From positions 744,001 to 808,000 of the forward strand of contig CM038998.1 in NCBI GenBank assembly GCA_017499595.2: 64,000 nucleotides of DNA, in the 5' to 3' direction. Source of the stretch: Psilocybe cubensis (taxonomy: Eukaryota). The notes beneath the pieces are model-generated. The model had not been told where the DNA came from. It ran no database searches and was given only the letters and a program-made list of their open reading frames with translations. Position numbers and translations under genes: made by a program. Of this stretch, positions 1-13,700 are shown piece by piece (position 1 is the first letter of the stretch; each line of letters begins with the position of its first letter).

Positions 1-41
1 CTGGGGGGATGGAGAGAGTGGAAGGAGCAAAAGCAAGGGCC

Positions 42-48
42 TTTTATG
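42..48 (-). promoter_or_regulatory. TATA-like element (CATAAAA) followed by CT-rich tract; probable core promoter of a minus-strand gene beyond the left edge
   Basis: Minus strand reads cccATAAAAggcccttgcttttgctccttccactctctccatcc, a typical fungal TATA-like box plus pyrimidine tract. The gene itself is not in the window. Confidence 0.3.
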
Positions 49-2370
49 GGAGAAACAAGGCCAGGCGTTTCTCTCTCAAATAAAAAAAAAAGAAACGAAA
101 ATTGAGTGGCGTTTTCGCAAAAAGGTGGCAGCGTCGCAAGTTTGGGTCCCGTGGATTCCGCTCTAGCCGTTGATATGACAAAAACGATTTTGGGATATTG
201 GACTTTGGGTTTATCGTTGAAAAGAGACAAGTCCACAAATCTCAAATCACATCCCGCAAGTGTCGTCCTTGTCTAGTCCCAATCAGGAACCGCACCGCGA
301 TCGGGAAGCCGAGCTGGTTCGGTTGCTAAATGCGGCTAGACCCCCAATCCACCAGATCCCTTCACTGCGTTTATAGCCCATCCCATCATCCCGGCGCAGC
401 GGCCCCGTCCAGAAGCAACAAAAAAACGCGGCCTGGTCATAGGAACATCCGACAACGACACGTTGATCTCTCTCTCCCTCCCCGCGTGAACACACCCACC
501 GCCCAAAAAAAATTACAGAAAAAAAAAATACAATTACGTTATGCCAAAAACTTGCCAGAATATCCCGTCATCTTGTCGATCGTGATTCGTCAAAGGAAGG
601 GGGTATGTATGTATACCGAGTGTGCGTTCGATCTCAAACAGGTCCCAATGACGCCAGTGTTGTTGTTATAGATAAATTTACCCGAATTCATACGTCCAAT
701 TTAAATCTCACCTGTCGCTTTGAGGGCTTTGTCGATGGTCGTCCCCCATCATCGTCCGCAGATTAGGTTAACAGGGTCGTCTTTGTATTGTGGGGTCGTC
801 GTGAGACTGTACACTGGTTAGCTTTTGCGCAATTAAGATAAATGGCCTCTCGGTTGTATCTACGGGCGTAGGCGTATACGTATGTATGTATGTACACCGT
901 CAAATCAAAGGGGTACGCGTCCGGTGCCCTGAGTTTGAAAGGGCTCGCGCTGTCCGCGATCTCAATACGCCTGTAAGTGCTTTTGGCATGGGCCTAGTGC
1001 TAAGTTACATGCTGTGTAATTTATGCGATAGAGGCTAGACGCGCCTTGAACCTAATACATTTACATAACGAAACGAACAACAAAAAAGTACAATTCAATG
1101 AAAGGCGTCAATCAAAAGACGCGCTTTTGATTGTACAATGTAAAAAAGCAACGTTCAACATCCAATCAGGAAATGAGAAATGACACTGACGCCCTGGTGC
1201 TATTAGTGTACCTACACACAAAGATTTGACGCCGACGCTGTCGCTGCCGCTGGCGCCCCACAACAGTCGCATTTGCATTGCCGGATGCCCATTGCCCAAT
1301 GCCCATTAGTTACCCCTTCGCACTACCCCAAAAATCCGAAGTGACCGGGAACAAATTTAACGATTTATCGTTCCAAGCCTTTGCTTAACGGGTTTCTCCA
1401 ATTCTTCAAGCTCTTTAGCCGCCTTTCAGTCTTTCAGACTTCAGTCATTCTTCCAATTTTGTTTTATTTCCTTTTCGCGACGCGCGGCATGCCGCGTCGT
1501 CCTTACAAGCCATCGGGGATTGCGGCAATAGTAATCCAAACATAAACGCGAATTTAGCGTGCTCACGAGGCATACTCACTGCTCGTGCTCGTGCTCGTGC
1601 TCGTGTTTGTGCTGAGTCTATTACTAGTACTACTACTGGTGGTACTCATCCAGACTTCTAGCTAGCCGAAACTGTGAAAAGAACAAAGACAAAGCAAATT
1701 TTGACACTTTGTGACTTCCCTGACAAGCACCCATTGATAGCAGATACACATGATGATGATGATGTAGTATGTAGCATGTCCAGGTGCCTTGGACCTTGGA
1801 CCTTGGATTCCGAAAAGAAGGAAAAGGAAGGGAAGGAACGCGCGAAGAGTTGGAGGAAACTTTCCCATCTCAAAAGATTGACAAACTTTCACCTTGCGAC
1901 TTTCGACTTTCAACTTTTTGACCATTTTCGGACATAGTCATAGACGTAGATTAAACCCAAAAGTTGAGCAAGAAAAAAAGTCACATACATGTACATGGAT
2001 GTGTAATGGTAATGATAATGATATCGTAGATTGACAGTATAGCATATACATACACAGCGCAAATAAACGCGCTCTGAATCGTGGGTCATGGGCCGGCGGA
2101 TAGATAGAAGAAAAAGGGGAGGCAGGCAGGCAGGCTAACCGATCCTATAATCTCCACATAGTCCACATACTGAAGGTACCGGTAAGTGGGGTATCAAAAT
2201 CACGCACGAGAAAAACACGCCTCGCCTTTGTTCATGAGTTAATTTACATACACGTTCCCAATTATCCTTTTGCCTCTTTCTGTCCAAAATCACACCAAAA
2301 AAACGCACTCCACCCCAACCCCACCATCCAATCACCTCCAAAATCCGGAAATCCGGCACACTCCACCACC

Positions 2371-5300
2371 CTACCCATCCGCACCATCCACATTCACATT
2401 CACATTTTCCTTCCCTTTCCCCCCATTCCCCTTCTTCGGCGCATCCTTATACCACTCCGGCACCTCCCTAGCCTTCGGCACCGCCCTCCTCCTCATCTCC
2501 CTAACCTCCCTCTCCTCCTCCTCCTCCCTCGCCCTCCTCCGCGCCTCCTCCTCCCTTTCCCTCTCCCTCTCCTTCTCCTTCACCATCGCATCAAACCGCT
2601 CGCGCTCGCGTGCCCGCACGTCCGTTTCCCACCGGATCGGGATCGGGATGGTCGGATGCACATTCTCCTTCCTGCGTAGCGCAAGCTTCGCTTCTTGTGC
2701 TGCATGTAAAGATTTGAAGTCGGGTATTGGCTTGCGTTCCGGTCTAGCCCTCTCCGTCTGCGAGCGCGACGTTGACCGCGATTGGGAGGTTGAGGTCGAG
2801 GTTGAGGTTGACTGGGACTGGGATTGCGAGTGCACGTGCACGTGCGAGTCTGTTCGTGAGCGCGTCCGTAATGGTGGTTGTGGTTGCGGTTGCGATTCGG
2901 AGCTGCTCGTCGCGTCTTTTTCACCATGTCCACCTCTACGCGACCCATTCCTTGCGCTTGCGCGCGCCTCCGTGCCAAACTGAAATTCCACCGGACGCGT
3001 CAAACTCGTGTACGCGTGCGTAGACGGCGGGATATTCGGAATATGGAATTCCTGCACATGACAAATTTTAGTTTTAGTTTAGTTTTAGTTTTTGGATTTT
3101 AGATATAGAATATAGATTTTGTGGTTTCGGTTTTGGTTTTGTTAGAAGAACAAGGACAGATTTTTTGAATAAAAGGAGAATTGATCGTGAAAGCACGCGA
3201 TGTGCAATATTGCGATGTTGACGCCTGCAGGCAGGCAGAATAGAATAAACAGATAGGCAGCGAAAAAGAAGCCCGATACGCGAACACAAAAAAAAACCAA
3301 CAAAAACCCGAAACCGAAACCGAAAAAAAAAAATTAAAGTAAAAGTACATAGACGTACCGGTTTGACAGCAGGTGCAGCAGCAGCAGCAGTACGCCCTGC
3401 ATCCAAAGTCGAAGCCAAAGTCGACATCTTGCCTTTCCCCTTATCCTTATCCATACTCTTCTCCTTGCCATTGTCCTTCTCATCATTGAAAGACGCTAAC
3501 GAATTAACCGGCTCGATCATACGCTCACTAATTCCTGCGCATTGCCGAGAACTCTGTGAACTCTGCGAACTCTGCAACTGTGACTGCGCGCTGCTAGCGT
3601 TATTCGACCAACTTGACTTTGACTTTGACGTTTCCGTCGTCCGGGACGCTAGAACTGCTGCTGGCTCCGTCCCTGACCCTGTCCCTGGGTTCGATGAAGT
3701 CTTCTTCGACGATGACGATGACGATGTTGATGTCAATTTCGATTCCTGGCAAATGCCGTCGTCCATTCCCATTCCCATTCCCGCGTCACCCCCGCTTCTG
3801 GGGTTAAACGCCGGTGGTGCTGGTACAGCTGCACGTCGGGTATCTCCCCTCCTCCTCCCGTCAATCGCCCTTGTCTTCGCATCTGCCTTTGCCTGTATTT
3901 TTGCCTTTTCCACTGCCTTTTCCTTTGTCTTTGTTTTCGCCTTGCTGATCCCTCTGCCACCTATACCTATACCTATACCTATCACATTAACAGCCGACGA
4001 CGTGCGTCTCGAAGCCCCGGAACCTGAACCAGCTCTGACAGAAATCGCCGCAGTCGAAACGGGGTGCGTTTGCGTTTGTCTTCGTGCGCGCGCATGATCC
4101 CCGTTTTCATTTCCACCTTCATTAGCACCGTCATCGACGTTCATCTCCGAGCTCTCTTCTTCTTGTTCTCGTTCTTGCTCTGACGCAGACGCAGACGTAG
4201 ACGTAGCCGCAGATGCACTAGCACTAGCCTTCCTGGACCCAGCCACCCCGAAACCATGCACATCCGTCCCATCGGCCCTACTTTTCTTGCGTCGTGCTTC
4301 GGATGCGGATTCGGATTCGGATTCATCTCCCTCAGCGTAAAAAGGCGCCGGCCTCTTGCTAGACGACCGCAGAGGCGAGATCGGTACATTACCCGGTGGG
4401 GTGGGAGTCGGATTCGAATTCGAATTCGAATTCATCTCTGCATCACATCTCTTCCGTGGGGACAGCTGTGACACCGTCAAAGGCTTGTCGTGGTCATCAT
4501 GGTCGTGGTCGTGGGTGTGGTGGGTGTGTGTGTGAACGTGATCCTGTGGGTCCCGGTTTAGGTGCAGGTGCTCAAAGGCTCCCTTTCCTGTTTCGGTGTC
4601 GGTTTCGGTTTCGGTTTTGACCGTGCCTGTCCCTATCTCGGGACCTGGATCCCGGGGTAAAGTAACCCGCTTTGTTTGGTGATGCGCCTCCTCGTTTGCA
4701 TTCACATTAACATTCACATTAGCGTTAGCTTTAGGAATCGGAACAGCTTTATCAAAGCTGAACGGGCTAAATCGACCGACCAAACAAAGGAGGAAAAAAA
4801 AAAAAAAAAAGATGCCGTCATTATGGTTTGCCTTTGTTTTCATAAAAGGGAAAAGAGAACGCGTACCCGAAGGAGCTGATAAGCTTTTGGCTGTACTGGA
4901 CTAGGCGTGCGGCTGCAACGCCCTCGGCCGGGTTTTCAGAGGACATGGTTGTTTCCGCCATTGACGCGTCTTCATCTTCTGCATCAGGTTCTTTGGATAT
5001 AATGGACGAAGGCTGATGCGGGGGAATAATAGAGTTTGGTTTCGTCGATGGTATGACAGCTGTAGCTGCAGCAGGAGCAAGCACACGGGACGTTTTCTCC
5101 GTGGTTTTAGTTATCGCCTTCTTCTTGATTATCTCCCCCTCGTAAAGATGCTATTACACACAAAAGATGTACGCGGTGTCAAAAAAAAACCGAAATAAGT
5201 CAATAAATCAGTAAGGCAGCTCAGGCACAGAAGCAAAAGGGAGATGACGGGATGACATACATGCTTGTTCCTCGTATGTTTCCCCCGCGTCTCGTCTTCA

Positions 5301-6100
5301 TCATTGAAATAGCTCTCCTTTTTCTCAAGCGTTGTCCTACTATTCCCATTCGGTAAACCAGAACCCGCGAAATCTGGCGTGGTGTGCTGCTGTTGCTCCG
5401 AGCCCGCACTGGATGCTGATGATATCTGCGCGGGTAGATGTTCATCCATATGATGATCTACCTCCGCACACGTGCCCCCGGAACGCGCACTACTAACGGA
5501 CGGCCGTTCAGCGGGCGGAGGAAGTGGTGGTAATGGGGATGGCGGTGTAGGTGGTGCGAGGTTCGAGGAAGGCGTGGCCTGCCTCTGTCTCGGCCTCGGT
5601 AGGGCTCCACCCATTCCAATTGCGAGGCTGTTCCCTTCTCGACGGCGCTGGGCACGGGTGGCTGGCTTTGACTTCTGTGGCGACATCGCGTCCGTGTCTG
5701 GAGCTGGAGCTGGAGTTAGGAAACCAGATTCCTGTTCAGCGGCCAACAGATTCGGAGATGAAGGCGAGGGAAAGGCAAATGCAGATGTAGAAACCATACT
5801 TTGTTGTTGCTGTTGTTGTTGCTGCTGCTGTGCCCTCGTCCGCGACCGCGTCTCGACAGTCGATCTAGGCGTAAGCTGACCGATCGTCAACAGTCCATCA
5901 CCACGGCGACGTGTGAGCGGTTTGCTGGGTGATAGAGAAGACACATCGACACCACGAAAGAAGTCCTGGTCAGTTTCTGCGAGAAGGTTGTCGTACGGCG
6001 CCGAACCCGGGATTTGGAAGGAGAAGGACGCGTCCGAGATGTCGGGGAGATGTCTCATGCTGAGCTCATTTTTGGGAGTTTGAGCGTTGCGCTGTGGCAT
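2371..6100 (-). CDS. Long disordered protein with C-terminal TPX2 (microtubule-binding) domain, 4 exons
   Basis: ATG at 6100 (MPQRNAQTPKNELSMRHLPDISDASFSFQIP). Exons ~6100-5261, ~5150-4868, ~4767-3358 and 3051-2371, joined by GT..AG introns. C-terminus ERERFDAMVKEKE...EEREVREMRRRAVPKAREVPEWY matches the TPX2 C-terminal motif (EE..LR+.L.+KA.P+P). Many dipeptide repeats. Confidence 0.75.
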
Positions 6101-6311
6101 CGTTAGATTTCGATTTTCTGTGCCCTTGGGTCTGTGGCGTGATTGCGTATGTGTGTGTTGAACGTAGATTATTGCGTAATTTCCACTGTCTGAGTGTCCT
6201 TTGATGTAGAGATATGGTTTAGAGACAGTCCTTGAGGCAACAAGTGCAAAGGGGTAGTCGCTGGTCGACGTTCAAGCTCAAGTTGGAACGGTGGTCGACG
6301 ATCAACAGTGA

Positions 6312-6362
6312 ACGCGTTGCAAAATATCACGTGATCGAGATAATCCTATCACTCGCGTTTTT
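6312..6362. promoter_or_regulatory. Cluster of cell-cycle-type elements (ACGCGT MCB box, CACGTG, CGCGTTTT) upstream of the TPX2-like gene
   Basis: ACGCGT at 6312-6317, TCACGTGA at 6327-6334 and TCGCGTTTTT at ~6353-6362, 210-260 bp upstream of the ATG. Fits G1/S (MBF-type) control of a spindle gene; functional use is inferred. Confidence 0.4.
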
Positions 6363-9300
6363 CAATTCAGAGTAACGAACGGAACAAAAACCTTGAACCT
6401 TGTGTTCCATTCCACACCGTCATAGAAAATCAAATCTCTGCCGCTTGGTAACTCTGGATAACGACCCGCATAAATTCGAATTCGAACTGAACCGGTCTTG
6501 GGTCTCTGGGTCTCCCGGCCTAACCCAAAGAGACTCGGACGATGGCGTCAACACCACTTGCTCCGGACCTCCTAGGCTACTATCTGTAATCTATGTATAT
6601 TTCTTGGCTTGTATTTGCCTTATATCGGAATACGGACGCCCACATCCGAAAATAGTGAGATTTTTCTATTGTCTTGTTGATTAAAATGAAGGTTTATAGT
6701 AACCTGGCGTTGACGACGTTGGAGTGTGGAGCTCAAACAACAACAAAACGCTAGCAACCAGGCGCCGTGAATTACTCGAACCCGGGACAACTTCGAGTAC
6801 CCTGGTAGCCTGCGTGGAGTCCATTTGCACACTCCAGTCTCCTTTTGCCCAATTTCGAATGCAGCCGCAGGCAGAGGGATCAAATTTTTTTACCATGGAA
6901 CGTCCGGTCCGAATGTCCTCTCTTTCGCCCTTCGGATGCTGCTGAATATCCACAGTAAGTAGGTGTCGGCCTTTATGAATAATCATTCTTACCATTTCTT
7001 GCCTCGTAATGAAGGAGATAAGCTAGAAACTTCATGCCAAAAGGGGGCAAAGCGTTCATGAGTGTTCCTCGGCAAGCTTGCAAGGTCTTTTGCACGGAGT
7101 CCGTAGAGGTCCATCATGGTCGGTCCATTGCCTAGCTCAAGTCTGTCATCGAGCCCCTTCCCAGTAACCAAATGACCGATGACGCATACAGTCTCCGACT
7201 AACGATTGTCCATGGATCCAGTATACATAATGCGAACGGCACACCAGTTATGTGCTTCATCTGCGACAAAGCTCTATGATCCCGCCAATTTACGGTTCTC
7301 AACTGATTGGATTCTAAACTTAGAGGCTCCTTACGCCCGTCCCAGAATGTCAATCTCTTGGACAATTTGGAAAAGCCTATGTATATTTAGGAAAGCCTCT
7401 GGATATAGCCGTAGTGACGCGGGCCTGGGCACATCGAGCACAACATCGCCATTGATCCTCCAACATTTTCTTGGCTTCTCTTCTCTTACCTTGCCACCGC
7501 AAGTCTCGGGTTTTGCGTATCATTAATGCCACTCGGCTTCGGCCACGCTCTTGAGTTGGCGCTTGCCTCGCTGTTCCTACCAACGCCTACAATGCAAAGA
7601 GGCACTTCATGCTTCTTCTGGAATCTTACGGCGGCGTTGAAGCTCTTTTCTCCCGACGACGAACCAGTATCTCTTTGCTTCTGGGCCTGCAATCAATGTC
7701 CAGAATGCCCTCGTCTTAGCGGGCACAGCGCACTATCTCTTCAGCATGGACATAGCACTTCCACATTTCAGCTGGGTTCCGAGGACGAACTGCGTGGGTG
7801 CACAACGTCGCCTTACATCCCTACCGAACGTTATCATCATTTGTTGCAATCTTATCGTTAACATGCACTTGAAAAAAGGGAAAGCATATCGGGGCCTACC
7901 GCTACGCTGTCATCGACTGACTACACAACCGCGGCGAAAGCCGACTACCTGAATTCCTTTCTTTGCCTCCCTGATGTTCTACGTCGTCCTTCTAACACCT
8001 TGTTTGTTAACGCTCTTCCTTTCTTCTTCTCGTTACAGAGCTTGCGATGATTTGTCCGATAACTCCTGCCGCTCAGTCAATTCTTCTATCTAAGAAAAGA
8101 TATATTTGCTCGTACTAGGAGCGCCTTACTGGAGCTGATTGGAATCTGCTCTTTTGTTCTTTCCGAAATGTTGGAGCCCCTGCTCGTGTTAACTGTCAAA
8201 GTGGTTCACAATCATCACAGTCGTTCGACATCTGGTTAGCTCGTCCACGCGCTGCTCTATGCCCCGTCGAGGCAGCCAACATCTGACAGGAAAATTCTCA
8301 AGTGCCTGCCTGCAGTATATCTGTAACCCTCGCTGTTCTCCGAGCGGGTCAGCCAGAGAACTGGTGGTATATCCTCATTAAAATGCGGATACGCGCCACC
8401 TTCTCTGCCTGCCCTTTTACGATGCATATGCTGGAACTGTGAACAGCATGTCTGCGAGGCCGAAAAGGAAGATGCATCGCAAGGACACTTTACTATGACT
8501 ATGATAGTGACGATGCTCTGGGAGCTTTTCTCATTCTCGGTCCTCGAGGCAGGCATGGAATATCTCGCTGAGAACCCGTTGATCCACCATTCATTTTCTT
8601 TCACGAAGACCCACATGACGATGATGAATTGTCTACGTAGTTCCATACGTCGTCGACGCCCACGATTCCGTTCTTGCTCCTCTTCGCCTCTCTGTTCTTT
8701 TCTTTTCTCACTGCGCCGGACTCCTGGGAAATTTTATTCTTGGGAGCTTTCTATTCATTTCAGCGAAGCAGCACCTTCTACAACAATTGTCGGGGAAATG
8801 AAGTATCGTTGAAGGACGTGGGTGAATTTTTCTCAGCATACTCAAAGGAAATGGCTTCTTTCGTGCCGACAATTCGCTGTGGAATTGTGTTTTTGCCCTT
8901 TCGGAGCGATTATGAGACCTAGTATCTTTATTTCGATCTTCTTTTCATAAAAAACAACGTCGCGGACACTGTATCGGCGTCAAAGGGACGACAGACTTCG
9001 AAATCTGCTGCAGGCGGTTCACCTACCCATGCACAGGACCTTCATACAAGCCGAAGAGGTTTGGGTGGAATAAACCAGGTCGTCCTGGATTTGATGGACC
9101 CGTCGCACCCGTCGCAAATGGCAAACGTGTTATTATCAATTGACATTGTTGTCGTTTTCAAGCTCCGTGGCATTAATGTCTGCGACCAACGGACGGATCA
9201 TGGAACAAATCGTCGACGTTGATGTCGTACTGGTCCACACCATCATTGGTCTGTCCATCGTCGTGTAAAGCATTGCCCAACAACCCCATGCCCTAGAGAT

Positions 9301-9474
9301 AAGAAATTTCTCGGAAACTCAGGGTTAAGAACAGCTGAGAATGAAGACTCGATAGGTAGAGCCACTGAGAAAAGGTTCAAGTTGGTCTCGGTAGCTCTTA
9401 CGCTTATCCCAGCGCGCGAGGAAACACCAAATTATCGGGAGAAATGTGGATAGGCAACTTCGGGACGCTCGTCT

Positions 9475-10707
9475 CTAAACAATCTCGAGAGGGTGTTTAT
9501 CCTTTTGGCTCACTATCACCCTGACTTCCTCCATGCCATGATCCCTGGGCTCACTGTTGGTAGCTCGAAGTTCGGCCTGTAATTTGGCGGCAAGGATCGG
9601 AAGATAGCCCCGTTCGGTGTTGGTGTGGCCACCTTCGAAGAACAGGAGCTATGATCAGCGAGTAATAATGACATAACTTTTAGGTGAGCGACTTACAAAG
9701 AATGACGTGCTTTCCTGCAGCAACTGCAGCTAGGACCTCGTGCTGTGGTCATGATTGTGAGCTTAGTCTGCGTCGCGTGCACGAGACAGCAAAAATTCAT
9801 ACATGCGACATCTCTCCTGTAAAATACACATCCGCTTCCTTGCCTAACAGCATTGATCCACCAGAGCCAGCACAAATAGCGATCGAGCGTACAGTGGAAG
9901 AAGAACATCCATCAGCAGGATAACCCACTTGAACTAAACGATGCAGGGCAAAAAAGCGCGATAAGCAAAGAACGAAAGTCTACAGAAGATGTGAAACAAA
10001 CTTTTGGAAAGGTTGAGATGGGATTTTATCCTCTTTTCCAGAACATCCATCCCAATTGGCTCGTTTAGTGTGATTAGTCGCCCTTCTGCGCCTTCGCTTT
10101 CACCGGTAGCTGGGCTCAGCTTCTCACCCACCAGAGCGCGAATTTGGCCATCGTCCTTTCCTTTCATCAAACCTTCCGCCAGCCAGTCATTGATGCCTCC
10201 CCAGACAGAGTCGAGAGAAGTGTGGGGAGAGTAGACTGATATGCCCTGCGCAGCACAGCTAAGTAGCGACTTCTGCAGCGGATTTGAAAGCGTCATGGAC
10301 TTAAGTCCGCTGAAAATGGTCGGATGATAAGATACAATGACCGAAGCATCTTGGGTGAGTGCTTCTGCGAGCACAGCCGAAGTTAAACTAGCAAAAACGT
10401 TGGCTGATCTCAGTTCACTTTGCGGCATGCCAGACTGGAGAACGCATACTCAATAGTAAGAAGTACATTCCCAGGTTTCTGTTTCTCAATGGGTGATTCT
10501 ATTGTGATAGACGCGTTATCTACCCGTTGGAATATTGAAGAAGCTTGACAAACCTAATAGCAATCCTACCTGCAAAATGGCGCGTTAGACGTCGAGATGA
10601 AACTTTGTCGTGAGACTCAGTCTAACATTATCCCACTTTTCAGCGAGCCTTAGAGGAGCAATGCGCTCCATGGCTTTGCAAACTGACTTCAGCAAGGTTC
10701 TCGACAT
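9475..10707 (-). CDS. NIF3: NIF3/YbgI family protein (NGG1-interacting factor 3), multi-exon
   Basis: MSRTLLKSVCKAMERIAPLRLAEKWDN|VGLLL|ESP...LLTID|LT...IVSYHPTIF...GISVYSPHTSLDSVWGGINDWLA...IAICAGSGGS...ADVYFTGEMSH|HEVLAA...|GHTNTERGYL...DKHPLEIV*. These are the hallmark NIF3 motifs; includes a 16-nt exon. Confidence 0.95.
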
Positions 10708-13700
10708 TCTTCGTTTGAGTGGCAGCGCGTATATGGAACAATAATTCGGGAGGAGAAGAAAGAGAGGAAACCCAACAACCACTGCATTACGCGATCTCAC
10801 CATCGGCACAGTCGCGTGGCGGATCCCGGGGTCCCTGACTCGGAGCAAACCTCTGGCACCTACAATTCTGTTTATGGTAATTTTTCGGCAATCACCCAAG
10901 TCATTACACTGTCAAGGTCAGTTCGTCAGTACCTGCAAACCACTTGCCATAATTGCAGCTTCAATGAACAAGGCAAGTTGAAAAAAAAATTAACCCAGGT
11001 ACTTTTCATTCATTTATACCAACAATATGAAATATTGTATATCCATCAATCGTGAGATAATTACATTCATCATGCTACACAAATTTATGTCTATCAAAAC
11101 TGATCATTGTGAGAAGAGTGTTGGGCGCCACCCAGATGTCAAAAGCAGGCCAGAAGTAGAAAAAGGTACAAAGATAATTATAAAGCTCATAATGGGATAT
11201 ACAAGAAATTATGGTTAACAATAACGAAACGACAACGTGCGAATGGCGGCGGAGGAAGTGGTTACGATTTTGCAGAGCAATGACCTAGTCTAGACGTGAA
11301 TAATTCTAATGCATTCTGCTAAAGAGTAGTGTACTCTGGTTGGTTTCTTGCAGTCTGTCAGTAGGCTCCGTTAAAAAGCTTACCCCAACAATTAACAAAT
11401 TCATGTCATTTTCTTGATTAACAAGGGCGGTGTTGTCGATGTGAAAATTTGCAAACTAGATTAAATGGGCCACGGTACTAATGGGCATGTGGCAGCATAC
11501 AGGTTGACCCATATAACGCATACAACTGGACAGTTCAGAAGGCATACTCCAACGATCCTTGTTGTATTGACTGATCCATATATTCTTAAAAAATAGCAAT
11601 GGCTGATCCAGTGCCCCTTGTGTACAGCTTCGGAATAGAGCCATCACCCTCCTTGTTTGATATTAGGGGCCTTCACTCGCTTTCCTGCGATAAATACGGT
11701 AGAATATGCGTGTTGCGTAAGCCATTCTCAGTTCACTAATAGAAACATGGGTTGGCAACAAATGGAATTGCAGAGAATTGCTTCAAAATAGGACAAATAA
11801 GGCTGAATTAAGTTCAAATGCATAGATTCCCTTTGAATTCGTGTTCGAGAGAAGTTCCAATTCCAGTCAACCTTGCTCTTAAGCACCGACAGGTGTGGTA
11901 GGTTATCGAGGTTACTATCTATTGCAAGTTCGACCGTACTAGATGTAATCGCAAGTCAAGAATATACAAGAATTTCCATTCGCTCAGGTAAAATTTTTCT
12001 TTATAAAAACACCACGCCGGTATCTTGATTTCTCGTGGCAAATGAGTGTGGAGATGGGAAAACAAATTACCACCAGGGGTTCTTTAACTTCAGTCATTTC
12101 ATGACGCATATACCTGTCCTTTGAATCTGAATTGAGGTCAGAATGTGTCTGACCTCACTCCTGCAATACTTTTGACACGGAGTGGGACCCCATCGATCGA
12201 GCATTAGGAGCATTGTATACATCCATCCCAGTTCATTCCCCGAATTCTAGCCTGCCCATTTACTACTACAATTGGGAAGTTCCCTAATGGCGCTTTGGCA
12301 GAGTCAATGAATCTAAAGCTAATAAGCAAGTACAGCATGGAGATCCAGAAGGAGATTATCCAGGTTCAAGTAGAGCGAAATCGCCATTCTACCTATGATA
12401 ACCTGCCTCGAGCACGATCCAGTCATTGACCGGCGGACTCGCCAGAACACCCGGTCTATATGCAAGTGTACGCATAGAAAAGACACCACCTGAGTTCCCT
12501 CACCTCATCACAAAACCCCATAAATCGAACTGCCAAATTAACTTTCCGCTCACACCCAGGATCAGGATCCAGTGACCGACCGCGCATTTCCACGCAGCAG
12601 GACGCTTACTATCATGTTTAATGGTGGATGCAAACAAAATACATGACGAGGAATTAGCGGCAGTCCTTTAAATGGCGGCCGACTGTAAATTACCAACAGC
12701 TTAGGCGCCCTGAATCTAACTTGCTGGCTCCACAAAGAGACATATAGTCGGTCTTCGACACGCAGCAGGATCGACAAATCGGTGAGAGTTCATATACCCA
12801 GTATCGAGCCAATAGCAATGTTAATAACAACCAACGCATATTTTTAGCAGACCAAGTTCACAGGCGACAGACAGAAGGGACAGGTAGAAGTGTCACCCTG
12901 CCTTGCAGATGTGTGAAGTGGATGCCAAAGCCGATTTTGTAGGGATATTAACAAGTTGAACTCTATTTCGATATCCTGACTCGGCAGTCGGCCTGGATAA
13001 TCAATGCGCTCAACAGTCCACATGCAAACTACACAAACATGGTCCGAGTAACCGACCACTTCGTATAACCAGTGGGTGGACGCGTGCATAAGAGGGTCAC
13101 GAAGATCCAGAACCAATTCAGTCAGAATTCTTCACAAGGTCAAAAATTACAATCAATCAGCTCCCAGTTGACCGTGTAAAACAGCACGTTTCCTTTTTTC
13201 TTCTAAACCAGCCTAGAAGCATGGTAAAATAAGTCAGAAAAGTCTCTTTGACATAACTGCGACACATCGATCTTTAAGCGGCCGCAGGTATACATGTCAG
13301 TTCAGGAACATCGGAATGAGAATTACCCCAAGTTCAAAGTACCAGCAATCGGTGTGGCGAGCTGAACCAGTACGACAGTAGAAGAAGGGCTGGTCCGCGA
13401 TCTGTTCCAGAGCGCAATGAGTTTTCATCGCATCAGTCAAGTGTACCGAGATCTAAAACCAGAACGAACCACAAAGATGGATTTATCATTATTCTCATCA
13501 TTGTAGACAAACACTGTACATCTGCCCGAGAAATCGCACCCGCAACGGAAAGAATCCTAGAAAAGTGATCGCTGTGAGGCCTACCTCGTGGACAGAGGGC
13601 TCGGACGGACGAAGTCATTTAGATTCTCCCTTTTCCAATTGGAAGTTCTTGATTAGAATTTCCTACAAGTCAAAGTCATGAGTCAGTGGCTCTGAATCCC

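Noticed and set aside
3199-3226. Possible cassette exon inside the long TPX2 intron (CAG|GCGTC...CGC|GTGC)
   Set aside because: Its 28 nt would shift the frame, while the flanking exons already join in frame.
2270-4097. Long plus-strand ORFs (237 aa, 244 aa) antisense to the TPX2-like gene; likewise ORFs antisense to annexin and the Cys-rich gene
   Set aside because: Shadow ORFs caused by skewed, repeat-rich codon usage of the real genes.
6880-6955. FFYHGTSGPNVLSF, reminiscent of an ADP-ribosyltransferase HGT motif
   Set aside because: Short match only; no downstream G.GIY motif and no continuous frame.
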